Shown here one piece after another: positions 24,286 through 36,640 of a stretch of 64,000 bases of DNA. A model generated the notes under the pieces. It saw only the letters and a program-made list of their open reading frames with translations. It did no database searches and was not told the DNA's origin. Location of the stretch: NCBI GenBank assembly GCA_032718475.1, contig JAUCBJ010008622.1:87826-151825 (forward strand), written 5' to 3'. Position numbers and translations under genes: made by a program. The DNA is from Nemertoderma westbladi (taxonomy: Eukaryota > Animalia > Xenacoelomorpha). Position 1 is the stretch's first letter. Each line of letters begins with the position of its first letter.

Positions 24286-27200
24286 TTGGAGAGATATGAG
24301 ATATTAATTTCAAGAAAAATTACGCGATTCTTAAATTTGTACACTACCCGGTTAAAAAGTACGCATGTGATGGGATTAGTCCTACAATTGCGCCAATAAA
24401 AGATAAGTTATTTTCGGTAAAATAAACTTATCATTCGAGGTAAAGACCCCTAGATCCCTTCCTATAATAAATGTATAATAACAAACACCTCGAAAAATAC
24501 AGCTTGCCAACACATTGTTACTATCAATAATCAAAAACTCAGGGGCTAATAAAATGGCAGCTGGCTTTGAAATTAATACTCCATATCTCAAGAACCTGTG
24601 GCCTAGTGGTTGTAGTCTCGGCTTCCACCTCGAGGTCCCAGGTTCGAATCCGACACCACGCTGATGAGACCCAGTAAGGTCGAAACGCGTACGTGGTTTG
24701 GAGAGATATGAGATATTAATTTCAAGAAAAATTACGCGATTCTTAAATTTGTACACTACCCGGTTAAAAAGTACGCATGTGATGGGATTAGTCCTACAAT
24801 TGCGCCAATAAAAGATAAGTTATTTTCGGTAAAATAAACTTATCATTCGAGGTAAAGACCCCTAGATCCCTTCCTATAATAAATGTATAATAACAAACAC
24901 CTCGAAAAATACAGCTTGCCAACACATTGTTACTATCAATAATCAAAAACTCAGGGGCTAATAAAATGGCAGCTGGCTTTGAAATTAATACTCCATATCT
25001 CAAGAACCTGTGGCCTAGTGGTTGTAGTCTCGGCTTCCACCTCGAGGTCCCAGGTTCGAATCCGACACCACGCTGATGAGACCCAGTAAGGTCGAAACGC
25101 GTACGTGGTTTGGAGAGATATGAGATATTAATTTCAAGAAAAATTACGCGATTCTTAAATTTGTACACTACCCGGTTAAAAAGTACGCATGTGATGGGAT
25201 TAGTCCTACAATTGCGCCAATAAAAGATAAGTTATTTTCGGTAAAATAAACTTATCATTCGAGGTAAAGACCCCTAGATCCCTTCCTATAATAAATGTAT
25301 AATAACAAACACCTCGAAAAATACAGCTTGCCAACACATTGTTACTATCAATAATCAAAAACTCAGGGGCTAATAAAATGGCAGCTGGCTTTGAAATTAA
25401 TACTCCATATCTCAAGAACCTGTGGCCTAGTGGTTGTAGTCTCGGCTTCCACCTCGAGGTCCCAGGTTCGAATCCGACACCACGCTGATGAGACCCAGTA
25501 AGGTCGAAACGCGTACGTGGTTTGGAGAGATATGAGATATTAATTTCAAGAAAAATTACGCGATTCTTAAATTTGTACACTACCCGGTTAAAAAGTACGC
25601 ATGTGATGGGATTAGTCCTACAATTGCGCCAATAAAAGATAAGTTATTTTCGGTAAAATAAACTTATCATTCGAGGTAAAGACCCCTAGATCCCTTCCTA
25701 TAATAAATGTATAATAACAAACACCTCGAATAATACAGCTTGCCAACACATTGTTACTATCAATAATCAAAAACTCAGGGGCTAATAAAATGGCAGCTGG
25801 CTTTGAAATTAATACTCCATATCTCAAGAACCTGTGGCCTAGTGGTTGTAGTCTCGGCTTCCACCTCGAGGTCCCAGGTTCGAATCCGACACCACGCTGA
25901 TGAGACCCAGTAAGGTCGAAACGCGTACGTGGTTTGGAGAGATATGAGATATTAATTTCAAGAAAAATTACGCGATTCTTAAATTTGTACACTACCCGGT
26001 TAAAAAGTACGCATGTGATGGGATTAGTCCTACAATTGCGCCAATAAAAGATAAGTTATTTTCGGTAAAATAAACTTATCATTCGAGGTAAAGACCCCTA
26101 GATCCCTTCCTATAATAAATGTATAATAACAAACACCTCGAAAAATACAGCTTGCCAACACATTGTTACTATCAATAATCAAAAACTCAGGGGCTAATAA
26201 AATGGCAGCTGGCTTTGAAATTAATACTCCATATCTCAAGAACCTGTGGCCTAGTGGTTGTAGTCTCGGCTTCCACCTCGAGGTCCCAGGTTCGAATCCG
26301 ACACCACGCTGATGAGACCCAGTAAGGTCGAAACGCGTACGTGGTTTGGAGAGATATGAGATATTAATTTCAAGAAAAATTACGCGATTCTTAAATTTGT
26401 ACACTACCCGGTTAAAAAGTACGCATGTGATGGGATTAGTCCTACAATTGCGCCAATAAAAGATAAGTTATTTTCGGTAAAATAAACTTATTATTCGAGG
26501 TAAAGACCCCTAGATCCCTTCCTATAATAAATGTATAATAACAAACACCTCGAAAAATACAGCTTGCCAACACATTGTTACTATCAATAATCAAAAACTC
26601 AGGGGCTAATAAAATGGCAGCTGGCTTTGAAATTAATACTCCATATCTCAAGAACCTGTGGCCTAGTGGTTGTAGTCTCGGCTTCCACCTCGAGGTCCCA
26701 GGTTCGAATCCGACACCACGCTGATGAAACCCAGTAAGGTCGAAACGCGTACGTGGTTTGGAGAGATGTGAGATATTAATTTCAAGAAAAATTACGCGAT
26801 TCTTAAATTTGTACACTACCCGGTTAAAAAGTACGCATGTGATGGGATTAGTCCTACAATTGCGCCAATAAAAGATAAGTTATTTTCGGTAAAATAAACT
26901 TATCATTCGAGGTAAAGACCCCTAGATCCCTTCCTATAATAAATGTATAATAACAAACACCTCGAAAAATACAGCTTGCCAACACATTGTTACTATCAAT
27001 AATCAAAAACTCAGGGGCTAATAAAATGGCAGCTGGCTTTGAAATTAATACTCCATATCTCAAGAACCTGTGGCCTAGTGGTTGTAGTCTCGGCTTCCAC
27101 CTCGAGGTCCCAGGTTCGAATCCGACACCACGCTGATGAGACCCAGTAAGGTCGAAACGCGTACGTGGTTTGGAGAGATATGAGATATTAATTTCAAGAA

Positions 27201-28571
27201 AAATTACGCGATTCTTAAATTTGTACACTACCCGGTTAAAAAGTACGCATGTGATGGGATTAGTCCTACAATTGCGCCAATAAAAGATAAGTTATTTTCG
27301 GTAAAATAAACTTATCATTCGAGGTAAAGACCCCTAGATCCCTTCCTATAATAAATGTATAATAACAAACACCTCGAAAAATACAGCTTGCCAACACATT
27401 GTTACTATCAATAATCAAAAACTCAGGGGCTAATAAAATGGCAGCTGGCTTTGAAATTAATACTCCATATCTCAAGAACCTGTGGCCTAGTGGTTGTAGT
27501 CTCGGCTTCCACCTCGAGGTCCCAGGTTCGAATCCGACACCACGCTGATGAGACCCAGTAAGGTCGAAACGCGTACGTGGTTTGGAGAGATATGAGATAT
27601 TAATTTCAAGAAAAATTACGCGATTCTTAAATTTGTACACTACCCGGTTAAAAAGTACGCATGTGATGGGATTAGTCCTACAATTGCGCCAATAAAAGAT
27701 AAGTTATTTTCGGTAAAATAAACTTATCATTCGAGGTAAAGACCCCTAGATCCCTTCCTATAATAAATGTATAAAGTACTTTCGGAGCGAATACATTTCC
27801 ATGGGATACATTTCCGACCTCTCTGTCATGATTGTCTATTGTCGGGTATGAGAGATGGAATTCTTTATTTTCTATATACCCTATGTGTCTCCATTACTAC
27901 TAATATAATTATTTTTATGTTGTGTGCTATAGTTGTGATTATACTGTAGTTAGGTCATTTCATTCATGTGTTTATTTGGTGTAATAGTAATAATTTGTAC
28001 TGTAGTAAGTTCGTTTTGTGCAATATTCACTACTATCTCATACTGTATAAGAATTTATATTTAAGCAACAGAATGTACCACTACCGGTTACCAATTCATT
28101 ATCTGATTTAGTGATTGATAATGGCTGCGATCTGCAGTTGAAATATATTTATTTTGCCTAGGCCCTACCGTACTGCCGTACCGATTCGAATTGTATATAT
28201 AGTACCTAATATACTGCTTGACAATTATATTTTATACTCCGAATTAAACTTATTATTTTCTTAATATAATTATTAATAAACATTTTTTTAATAATTTTAC
28301 TTTTGTCCAGAACGACCACATTAACTTGCTAAGAAGTGACCTAACTATTTGTTTTTATTCAAAAGGGAAACCAATACAAATTCTATATGTTCCCTTGCAT
28401 AATGGTCGAATTATTAATAATAGCCTTTTTATATATATAAATTTAATATATCTTAATAGTAAATAATAAAGTTAATTGCTTTAATAAAAAAAATCTATGA
28501 ATTATTCAAAAAGTTAAAGTAATATTAATATAATATATATATACTGTGCTTTATTAGATTATATTTATTAC

Positions 28572-28781
28572 CAAAACAAGGTGTTGGACAAATCCCCCAG
28601 TTCCCTGATTCCGGGCCGCCCACATAGTATCCACTTTCAGCGGCTTCTTCGGTAATAGCACACCAATAGTTATTGGGGATGGATACAGAATCAAAAATAC
28701 ATTCATAGTAATCGACTGGGTCAGTTTCATTAGCTTTCTGAGGAAATATGCAAAGACTATCGCCATTTGTTATACACGAGT
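28572..28781 (-). CDS. Host gene exon, fibronectin type II-like domain (not in the ORF track)
   Basis: 210 nt, acceptor ttacag, donor gtaata, phase 1-1; SCITNGDSLCIFP...YYEC...NYWCAIT...GNWGICPTPCF. Confidence 0.8.
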
Positions 28782-29239
28782 CTGTAAAAAAATAACAATA
28801 TAAGTTAGAGACCTACAGAATACAATATCGGCCGATGTAGGAACTTTTTTTGCATTGTTTAATCAAGTCAGTCCAGGAGGAAGTTGCCATGTTTGTAAAA
28901 AGTCTATTGTATCAGAATGGCGCCAAAAATGATGTTTGCATTTCCAGCAATATTTTTTACTAGTTTAATCAAGATGAGCGACCTTGAAAACACATATACC
29001 TTCAGAATTATGAAAACAAACACAAAACTTTTTAGTTTGAAATTTTCTTGTACTTTTCATCCTGGGGGACCAAAATATTACCAAAAATGATGGTTGCATT
29101 GCCAGAAAATATTTTTTAACAAGTTTTATCATGATCAGCGACCTCGAAAAGCATTATACCATCAACATTGTAATTTTCGAGCCAAGATCTAAAAAAGTTA
29201 TAAAATGACCCCCCTAACTATATACGTAGTAAAACACGT

Positions 29240-29845
29240 TCGTGGGGACTTCGCGCAGCACGTAGTCGGCAAGCCTTGGCATACGGTTCATATAGAGCAA
29301 ATGGGGCATGTCTAGTTTGGACCCAATATCCCATGCTATAAATGTATTCATTCGATATACAATCATATGTTAATCCGCTAGGTGGTGTCAAATTGTTATT
29401 CTGCAATTTCGTACTTACCAGTGCAGCACTGTACAGCAGTACCGTACCGGTAGGCCTATGTCATTACTTCTGAGTCTCTAGCGGATCCCCAATTAAATGT
29501 CTTAACTTTTCAATTTCGTAAAAGATATACTTCATGATTCTCTACAGGCCACCAAAATTTCAGCTCAGGAAAATGAGGCCTTCCCGAGAAATTTAACATT
29601 TTCTAAAAACCACATAATCTGTCGTAGCTGACGTCAGACTGCATGATTTTTCACCAAACTTTACAAACTTTCTAAACTTTCTCTCTACTACTTACCTACT
29701 AAGTTTGGTTCAATTCCGAACCAGCGATGCAGAGAAATTCGCGTTCAAACATTTACCAGACAGACAGACAGACGGACATGCCCCATTTGCCCTATATGAA
29801 CCGTATGCCAAGGCTCGCCGACTACGTGTCTCGCCCCACAGCCCA
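29240..29845. mobile_element. Non-autonomous element with ~55-bp inverted repeats and (CAGA)n
   Basis: CACGTAGTCGGC..CCTTGGCATACGGTTCATATAG..AAATGGGGCATGTC is mirrored at about 29774-29828; possibly Helentron-associated. Confidence 0.5.
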
Positions 29846-30134
29846 GGCCATATACGGTTAAAGTTGAATGTTGATTGTCTTTGATTGAGCGTCTCCATAG
29901 TCTACAATGCGCTATTATAGCTTTTAGTTGAAAATTGAAAGCTCATGGGTGACCTGGGCCTTAGGTTTAATTATGGTATGCTTTTAAACGCATCTCCGTT
30001 GTAAAGTTAGTAAAGTTGTAAATGTTTCTATTAGTAGCGTTTTGTTATTATTCCTTGTAGAGCTGACCTCGATATGTGGTTGCTACACAAACCACTCACT
30101 CATATTCTATCTTAACGGATTCTCTGGTATCAAA

Positions 30135-30258
30135 GCAAACAGTCGGCCGAGGCCTGAGGCGACCCGAAGGCTCCTCTTTCGATAGCTGCTACCCGAAGGT
30201 AGAGGTGGGCGCTACTCCTATCCAAAAATTTGCTCCCAGTAATTTAACTGGTACTCAT
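30135..30258 (-). mobile_element. SINE 3' fragment
   Basis: Minus strand ATGAGTACCAG...GGAGTAGCGCCC...GCAGCTATCGAAAG..GAGCCTTCGGGTCGCC resembles invertebrate SINE central/tail regions (from memory, not searched). Confidence 0.4.
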
Positions 30259-30569
30259 CTCTGGTATGGTTTAGGTTATAGTAATAATGTATGCTTATTA
30301 GAAAATGATGTTTTTACCTTTACAAACCAATTTTAGCATATAAAGAATTATGAAATTTCCTTTTGTGATCAAATGCGCTAACAGAACCAGCGGATTCGGA
30401 TACAGCACAATTAATTGATTTAATATAAAACTATTGGATGCCGGCCTTTACCTAATATTTTAGGTAATTTTCAGGATTTGGAACCTGTAGACGATTTTAT
30501 AAATAAACATTGTATAGTATTTTGTAAAATATTATTTATTGTTGTAATTTATGTCATAGATTAGTAAGT

Positions 30570-30805
30570 AGGTATAATATAAGGCCTAATTAATTGGTAC
30601 TTATAGAATAAGATAGAGTAGGCATAAATATAAGGCCTAATTAATTGGTACTTATAGAGTAAGATAGAGTAGGCATAAATATAAGGCCTAATTAATTGGT
30701 ACTTATAGAGTAAGATAGAGTAGGCATAAATATAAGGCCTAATTAATTGGTACTTGTAGAGTGTGTAGGAAGTAGGTATAATATAAGGTCTAATTAATTG
30801 GTACT
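30570..30805. repeat. 51-bp intronic minisatellite, left block
   Basis: AGGCCTAATTAATTGGTACTTATAGAGTAAGATAGAGTAGGCATAAATATA units. Confidence 0.9.
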
Positions 30806-31359
30806 TGTTGTTAGCTTATTCAATCCCGCTAACACGAACCCATAAAGTTGGTTATTAAGCAATATTGGGGGACACGAGATTTGGCAATCAATCACTCGTG
30901 TCACCCCAACAGAATGGGAAGGAGAAACACACGGCAAGGGTCAGGGGCCAAACCCCTAACAGAGAGAGAATAGCTGGAGTGAAAGGGAACACTCCGAAAG
31001 GCGCCAACAAGGGTATCAACCAATCAGGGGGGGGGGGGGGGGGAAGCATCGATTAGGTACAGTAACAAGGCCAACCCGTGCAATATAACCAGTTGGCAGT
31101 AATCATAGCATTCAGTTATCTCAGCATATTGGTGCTAGTGTAGAAAATAGTTTAGCTAGGGAAGTACCGGGACTTCAGTTACCGTATCCCGCCTTCCGTA
31201 TACAACAACCATATTATCTCATATCTATACCTATATCTATATCTGTATACCCAAATATTATATACGACGAACAGCACAAACTCCTTTATCTTTCATACAC
31301 GGCGGGGACGAGTGAACTGACAAACGGATAAACCGGGATCTCATCTGGATCCCGTCACA
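30806..31359 (+). repeat. Putative 5' LTR of a second BEL/Pao family
   Basis: TGTT..CACA ends, TATAA at 31084 with TCAGTT initiator at 31112, terminal hairpin CGGGATC..GATCCCG, gag 74 nt downstream; no partner LTR in the window. Confidence 0.55.
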
Positions 31360-31432
31360 GTAACTGAACGCAGAGCTGCCGCCCTAGCTAGTTAAACTCA
31401 GTGACTACCAGCCATCAATCTATAAAAGAGAG

Positions 31433-32748
31433 ATGAGTCAGTCAGGAGAAGCGACACCGCCGCGGACCCCGGACGAAGAACTAACGATCCGCGAGGCTGC
31501 GACCAGACGATATAGGCCCACGACGCCAGACCCATCGGTAACGGGTGACCCGGCAGTTCAGGACGAGGGGGGCCGTCTGGAGCCAGAGGTCGAGTCGAGA
31601 GGAGGGGGAGTCGAGCCGAGAGAAGGTGAGAGCGAGACGGAGGGAGAAGGAGACGAGTCGACACGGAACGAGGGTCGACATACCGATGTCGCCCGCCAGC
31701 CACAGGCCGAGGGCGACGAACGGCCCACCGAAACGGCGACGGTGGGGCCACCGGTACGACGTCGGACCCGGAGAGACGGAAGAGAGGTCGGCGACGAGGA
31801 CGTCGGGGTTTCTGATCGACTTCGACGGGCCTACAACGCGACCCGGAAACTACTAAAGGAGGCCAAAGAGGAGAGGGCGAAGATAGACGAGGTGAGACTG
31901 AGGAAGCGACTAGGTGAGTCAAATAGACACTTTAATTATCTAATGCGCTTCGGGCAGAGAGAACTGGCCAAGGAGAGAGCTAGAGGGGTTGCCGAGGAAC
32001 TGTGTGACTTATGGCGGTGTAGAGGTATGCAACCTAGCGTAGTGTACGTAGGGCCATACTTAGTCGATGCCCGGGGAGTAAAATTAGTGGGTTGGAGGAG
32101 ACCTGAGGAGGGCGAATCCGAGGTTAACCCCGAGGATTCGGCCTCGTCGGTCGGAGGGAGTTCAGGGAGGCGGGGGAAAGTTAGTGGGACGGGAAGACGG
32201 AGGGAATCCGTCATAACCGATAAGTCTGCTACATCCTCCGTAAAAAAAAGACGGGTGAGAGAGATAAAGGCCACTTACCATCTCGACGTGATAGCGCAGG
32301 GTCAAAGGGAAATAGATAGACGGTTAGAGGAGGGGAGAATGCTGCTAGAGAGGGAACCTTGATTAGAGAAACCGGAGAGAGGGCCGAAAGGGCCGTGAAA
32401 AGCCTTAGGGAGTGTGAGGAAATAGAGAGAAAGGAACAAGAGGAGCATGTGGCAGAACGCAGGGAGCGTGAGGCGAGAGAGGAGAAGGAGCGCAAGGAGC
32501 GTGAGGCGAGAGAGGAGAAGGAGCGCAAGGAGCGTGAGGCGAGAGAGGAAAAGGAGCGCAAAGAGCGTGAGGCTGAGCGTAAGGAGCGTAAGGCGAGAGA
32601 GGAAAGGGAACGCAAAGAGCGTGAGGCTGAACGTAAGGAGCTTGAGGCAAGAGAGGAGAAGGAACGTAAAGAACGTGAGGCAAGGCGACGGGAGGGAGCT
32701 AGGAGAGTGGTAGAGTTGGCCGAGCAGAGCGCACGGGAGTGTCGGGAG
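31433..32748 (+). pseudogene. BEL/Pao gag N-terminal region, frameshifted and truncated
   Basis: VNPEDSASSVGGSS...SSVK motif typical of BEL Gag N-termini, then an E/R/K coiled-coil repeat; cut by a TIR element at 32749. Confidence 0.6.
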
Positions 32749-33317
32749 TAGGGTTCAACAGAAGGCACTTTATGGGGCCGAACCGAACCGAACCGAAGCA
32801 GGGCCAACTTCGGGCCGAACCGAACCGAATCTGAACCGAAGTTCTGAAATTTAGCAATTTATGGTCATAAATTCGTATTTACGTCACTATACTGGCTGAC
32901 TGGCAGTGGCAGACTGGTACCTAATTGGTCTGTGGACTTAGCGAGAAAGCTATGATTAATTAAAAAAATAAGTACTACAAAATAAAATGGCAATATTTAC
33001 ATTACTGTACATTACTAACCTAAACTACTGTATACTTACTTTATGCATGCACTTACTGTATATGCACCACATTTTCACCCGTAGTAAGCCGTACAGTAGT
33101 AACATCAAATTTAAAAAACCTCACTAAAAGTACAGGTAGTCTTTCCGTCTTTGTAATACTATTTATATGAGATAGTAGGTATATTTGGTATTATGTATCA
33201 AAGTTATGATTAATTAAAAATTAGGTACTACAAAGTAAAATTGCAATATTTAGCCTAACCTAAACTACTATATAATTAAGCTAATTTTGAAACTACCCAA
33301 GTAACCTGTAAACAATT

Positions 33318-34590
33318 ACACGAAGTGGGGCCTTCACGCAGCACGTGAAATGAGTTAATGCTAAGTATCAACTCGAAAGGATTATAAAAACATAGGAGAA
33401 GATTTTCCCGGAAAACGTTAACCCTCTAGCGGGAGACTGGGTAACTGAAGAAGGAAGGATTAGTTTCCCTACAAAGCCACAGCCTATGGTCTATTACATA
33501 TCTACCAAGTTTCCGATTTACGGATCATAAATAACGAAATGTTGGAAGGTTTTCACTTTCATACATTTAGCCCTCTAGCAGCATATTAAAGAACTACGGA
33601 TCGATCACCTTCCTCACAAAGACGAGGCATGTGGTCTAGTACATACTGGTACTGTATATTCCAAAATTCAGCTTAAATAGATTAAGATCAAGGAATTCGC
33701 GAAGGTTATCACTTTCCTACATTTCGCCCTCTAGCGGCAGACTCGAAAACTCCGGACCGATTACTGTCCACACAAAGACTTAGGATGTCTTCTAGTACAT
33801 ATATGACAAGTTTCAGCGTAATCAGATCATAAACAACTAAATGGAAGAATAATTTCACATTCGGGACATTTCGCCCTCTAGCGGCAGACTGGAGAACTGC
33901 AGACAGATTAGCCTCCTTTGAAATTTACAGCTAATGGTCTAGTACATACTTCCCAAGTTTCAGCTTAAACGGATTAAAAGCAAAGAAATGGGTGGCCATT
34001 TAATGTTTAGACATGTGGCCCTCTACCGGCAGACTGGAAAACTTCAGACCGATTACAATCCACACAAAGACTCAGGATGTCATCTAGTACATATATGACA
34101 AGTTTCAGCGTAATCAGATCATAAACAACTAAATGGAAGAATAATTTCACATTCGGGACATTTCGCCCTCTAGCGGCAGACTGGAGAACTGCAGACAGAT
34201 TAGCCTCCTTTGAAATTTACAGCTAATGGTCTAGTACATACTTCCCAAGTTTCAGCTTAAACGGATTAAAAGCAAAGAAATGGGTGGCCATTTAATGTTT
34301 AGACATGTGGCCCTCTAGCGGGAGACCATTGCACTGATGGTGTCTGAAAGTCTCTCAAAAATCTCAACTTTTGCTCATATTGATACCTACAAATTTTCAA
34401 CTTGGCAGCTTTAAATCCGACAAAGTTATTAGCATGTCAAAATCGTAACGACGACGACGACGACAACGACGACGACGACGACGACAACGACGACGACGAC
34501 GACGACGACAACTATTTGCATAAATTGACCCACCCCCTAACAGTGTCAATTCGCTAAGGCTCCGCCAACTTCGTGGCTCGCCCCACAAAA
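33318..34590 (-). mobile_element. Helentron-associated-like non-autonomous element
   Basis: Subterminal inverted motifs CACGAAGT and GTGGGGC, internal CCCTCTAGCGG repeats, (ACG)n microsatellite at 34448-34510. Confidence 0.5.
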
Positions 34591-34621
34591 ATAATGCCAT
34601 TTAAATGGAAGTTCAGTCCAA

Positions 34622-35600
34622 AATTATGGGTGTAAACGTTAAGCAGACAGTGGTGCAGATTGCAGAAACCTGGTGCGGCCAGTGGTGCAGACACTGGTGC
34701 AGACAGTGGTGCAGCGTGCAGACAGTGGTGCAGCGTGCAGACAGTGGTGCAGACACCTGGTGCGGACAGTGGTGCAGACAGTGGTGCAGACAGTGGTGTA
34801 GACAGTGGTGCAGACACTGGTGCAGACAGTGGTGCAGACATTGGTGCAGACAGACGTGCCGACACTGGTGCAGACAGTGGTTCAGCCACTTGTGCAGACA
34901 GTGGTGCAGACACTTGTGCAGACAGTGGTGCAGACACCTGGTGAAAATACTGAAATACCAGAGTACCACAAAACACAATACCACCAGGCACTATTATATT
35001 ATATTTTATCATAGACTTTATTATCTACAAATATGCGAGTAACTACTGAAAGGTTCTACATGAAGTAGGGAGGACGTATGTAGTACAAGCTGACAAGTCG
35101 AGGTGCGTGCGGGTGAATGTGCCCTGATTACAAATAATTATAAGAGGTGTGTACGAAAGTAATTAAGTGCAGACTGCACCAGGTGCCTGCACCACTGTCT
35201 GCTCCACTGCCTGCACCAGTGTCTGCACCACTGTCTGCCCCAGTGTCTGCACCCCTGTCTGCACCAGTGTCTGCACCACTATCTGCACCACTGTCTGCAC
35301 CACCGTCTGCACAACTGTCTGCACCACTGACTGCACCACTGTCTGCACCAGTGTCTGACCACTGTATGCACCAGTGTCTGCAACACTGTCTGCACCAGTG
35401 TCTGCAGCACTGTCTGCACCAGGTGTCTGCACCAGTGTCTGCACCACTCTGCACCAGTGCGTGCACCACTGTCTGCACCAGGTGTCTGCACCACTGTCTG
35501 CATCTCTGTCTGCACCACTGTCTGCATCTCTGTCTGCACCACTGTCTGCACCACTGTCTGCTCTGCACCAGTGTCTGCTTAACGTTTACACTCCAAAATT
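34622..35600. mobile_element. Foldback element with inverted 12-bp (GGTGCAGACAGT) minisatellite arms
   Basis: GTGTAAACGTTAAGCAGACA plus array 34645-34945 is mirrored by array 35170-35580 plus TGTCTGCTTAACGTTTACAC. Confidence 0.75.
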
Positions 35601-36060
35601 AATTAGTACAACCTGACAACGATGGACAGATTGATTAGTCTTACTGTCTTCTGGTCTTAGCTCAATCAGTCAATGTAATACTTGGAATATTTAGCAAAGT
35701 TTGCTCCGGTCTTCTGCAGTATCAATTGCAGAAGCCGAACCGAACCGAAATTGCCAAACTTCGGCCCGAACCGAACCGAAGCCGAAGCTTCTGTTGAGCC
35801 CTAAGTCTGACAGTGTACAATCATAGCATTTACAATTTTTTACAGTAGGGCCTATCTGTAATAGTCTGCTAGTCAGCCAGCTGGCCAGTACCAGTACTGC
35901 AGTACAGTCAGTCAGTCATTGACTTTAAGTAAATACTGCAGTATTACTGTATTATCAGATTATACTTGATATTGAAGCTGTACTACAGTACTTATAGTGT
36001 TAAATAATTGTTCAGATTAGAATATGCACGAAATATAATACTTTATTAAAAAATTAACTC

Positions 36061-36640
36061 CGGCAATATTTTTACCGGAGCCGGAGCAGGAGCCGGAGGT
36101 GCCAAAATGGCCGGAGCCGGAGCCGGAGGCCGGAGCTCCGATCGATCCCTAAAAGTTACCTTTGCAGCTCTGTCAGTCAGGGAGATCATCAATTTTGGGG
36201 TTACCCCAAATTTCGAATTCTGGTAATAGACTGTCGAAAATTGGGGTTTTTTGTTCAAATTTGAGGTATTTTTAGGCTCATAATATCGAGTGTTGCTGCG
36301 ACTTAGGGAAACTATTGGAGCAACTTCTACTTTTAATATGTTAAAATATAATGTAAAATAAGAACTTTTATCGATGCAATAAAATATTTCACCGATGCAA
36401 ACATGCTTTTATTGGGGGCGAAAATTGAAATTTGAGGTTAAACCTCAAATTTGAGACAAAACCTCAAATTTCGCCAGCCTTTACAACATCACCAGCCTGT
36501 CAGCAGTAGGGTGTTGCAGTAGGCTTTGCTGCTTAGTGCTTATAGAGCTTGGTGAGAATGGGTGACCAGTGTAACCTGTGACATGACATGTATGCAGGGT
36601 AGGGCTCGATCGGAGCTCCGGCCTCCGGCCTCCGGCTTCG
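36061..36640. mobile_element. Two termini of another hAT-like MITE family
   Basis: ...CCGGAGCTCCGATCGATCCCTA ending at 36151 and TAGGGCTCGATCGGAGCTCCGG starting at 36600. Confidence 0.5.

Larger units (their letters stand above)
23900..27772 (+). mobile_element. Retrozyme-like tandem array: about 9.3 x 412-bp units with tRNA-derived head and hammerhead ribozyme
   Basis: 412-bp period; TSD AAAGTACTTTCG at 23888-23899 and 27773-27784; 5' inverted segment 23900-23946. Confidence 0.88.
32749..35803. mobile_element. hAT-like non-autonomous element with nested inserts
   Basis: TIRs TAGGGTTCAACAGAAG / CTTCTGTTGAGCCCTA and subterminal (CCGAA)n; flanks do not form a TSD. Confidence 0.6.

Noticed and set aside
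23970-27640. Nine identical 124-aa minus-strand ORFs
   Set aside because: Antisense by-product of the 412-bp repeat; GFEPGT is the reversed B box, the start is not ATG and there is no domain.
23953-27772. CRISPR array
   Set aside because: No unique spacers, units too long, eukaryotic context, no cas genes.
34554-35616. Cys/His-rich and Ala/Pro-rich ORFs
   Set aside because: Translations of a 12-bp minisatellite that is open in many frames.
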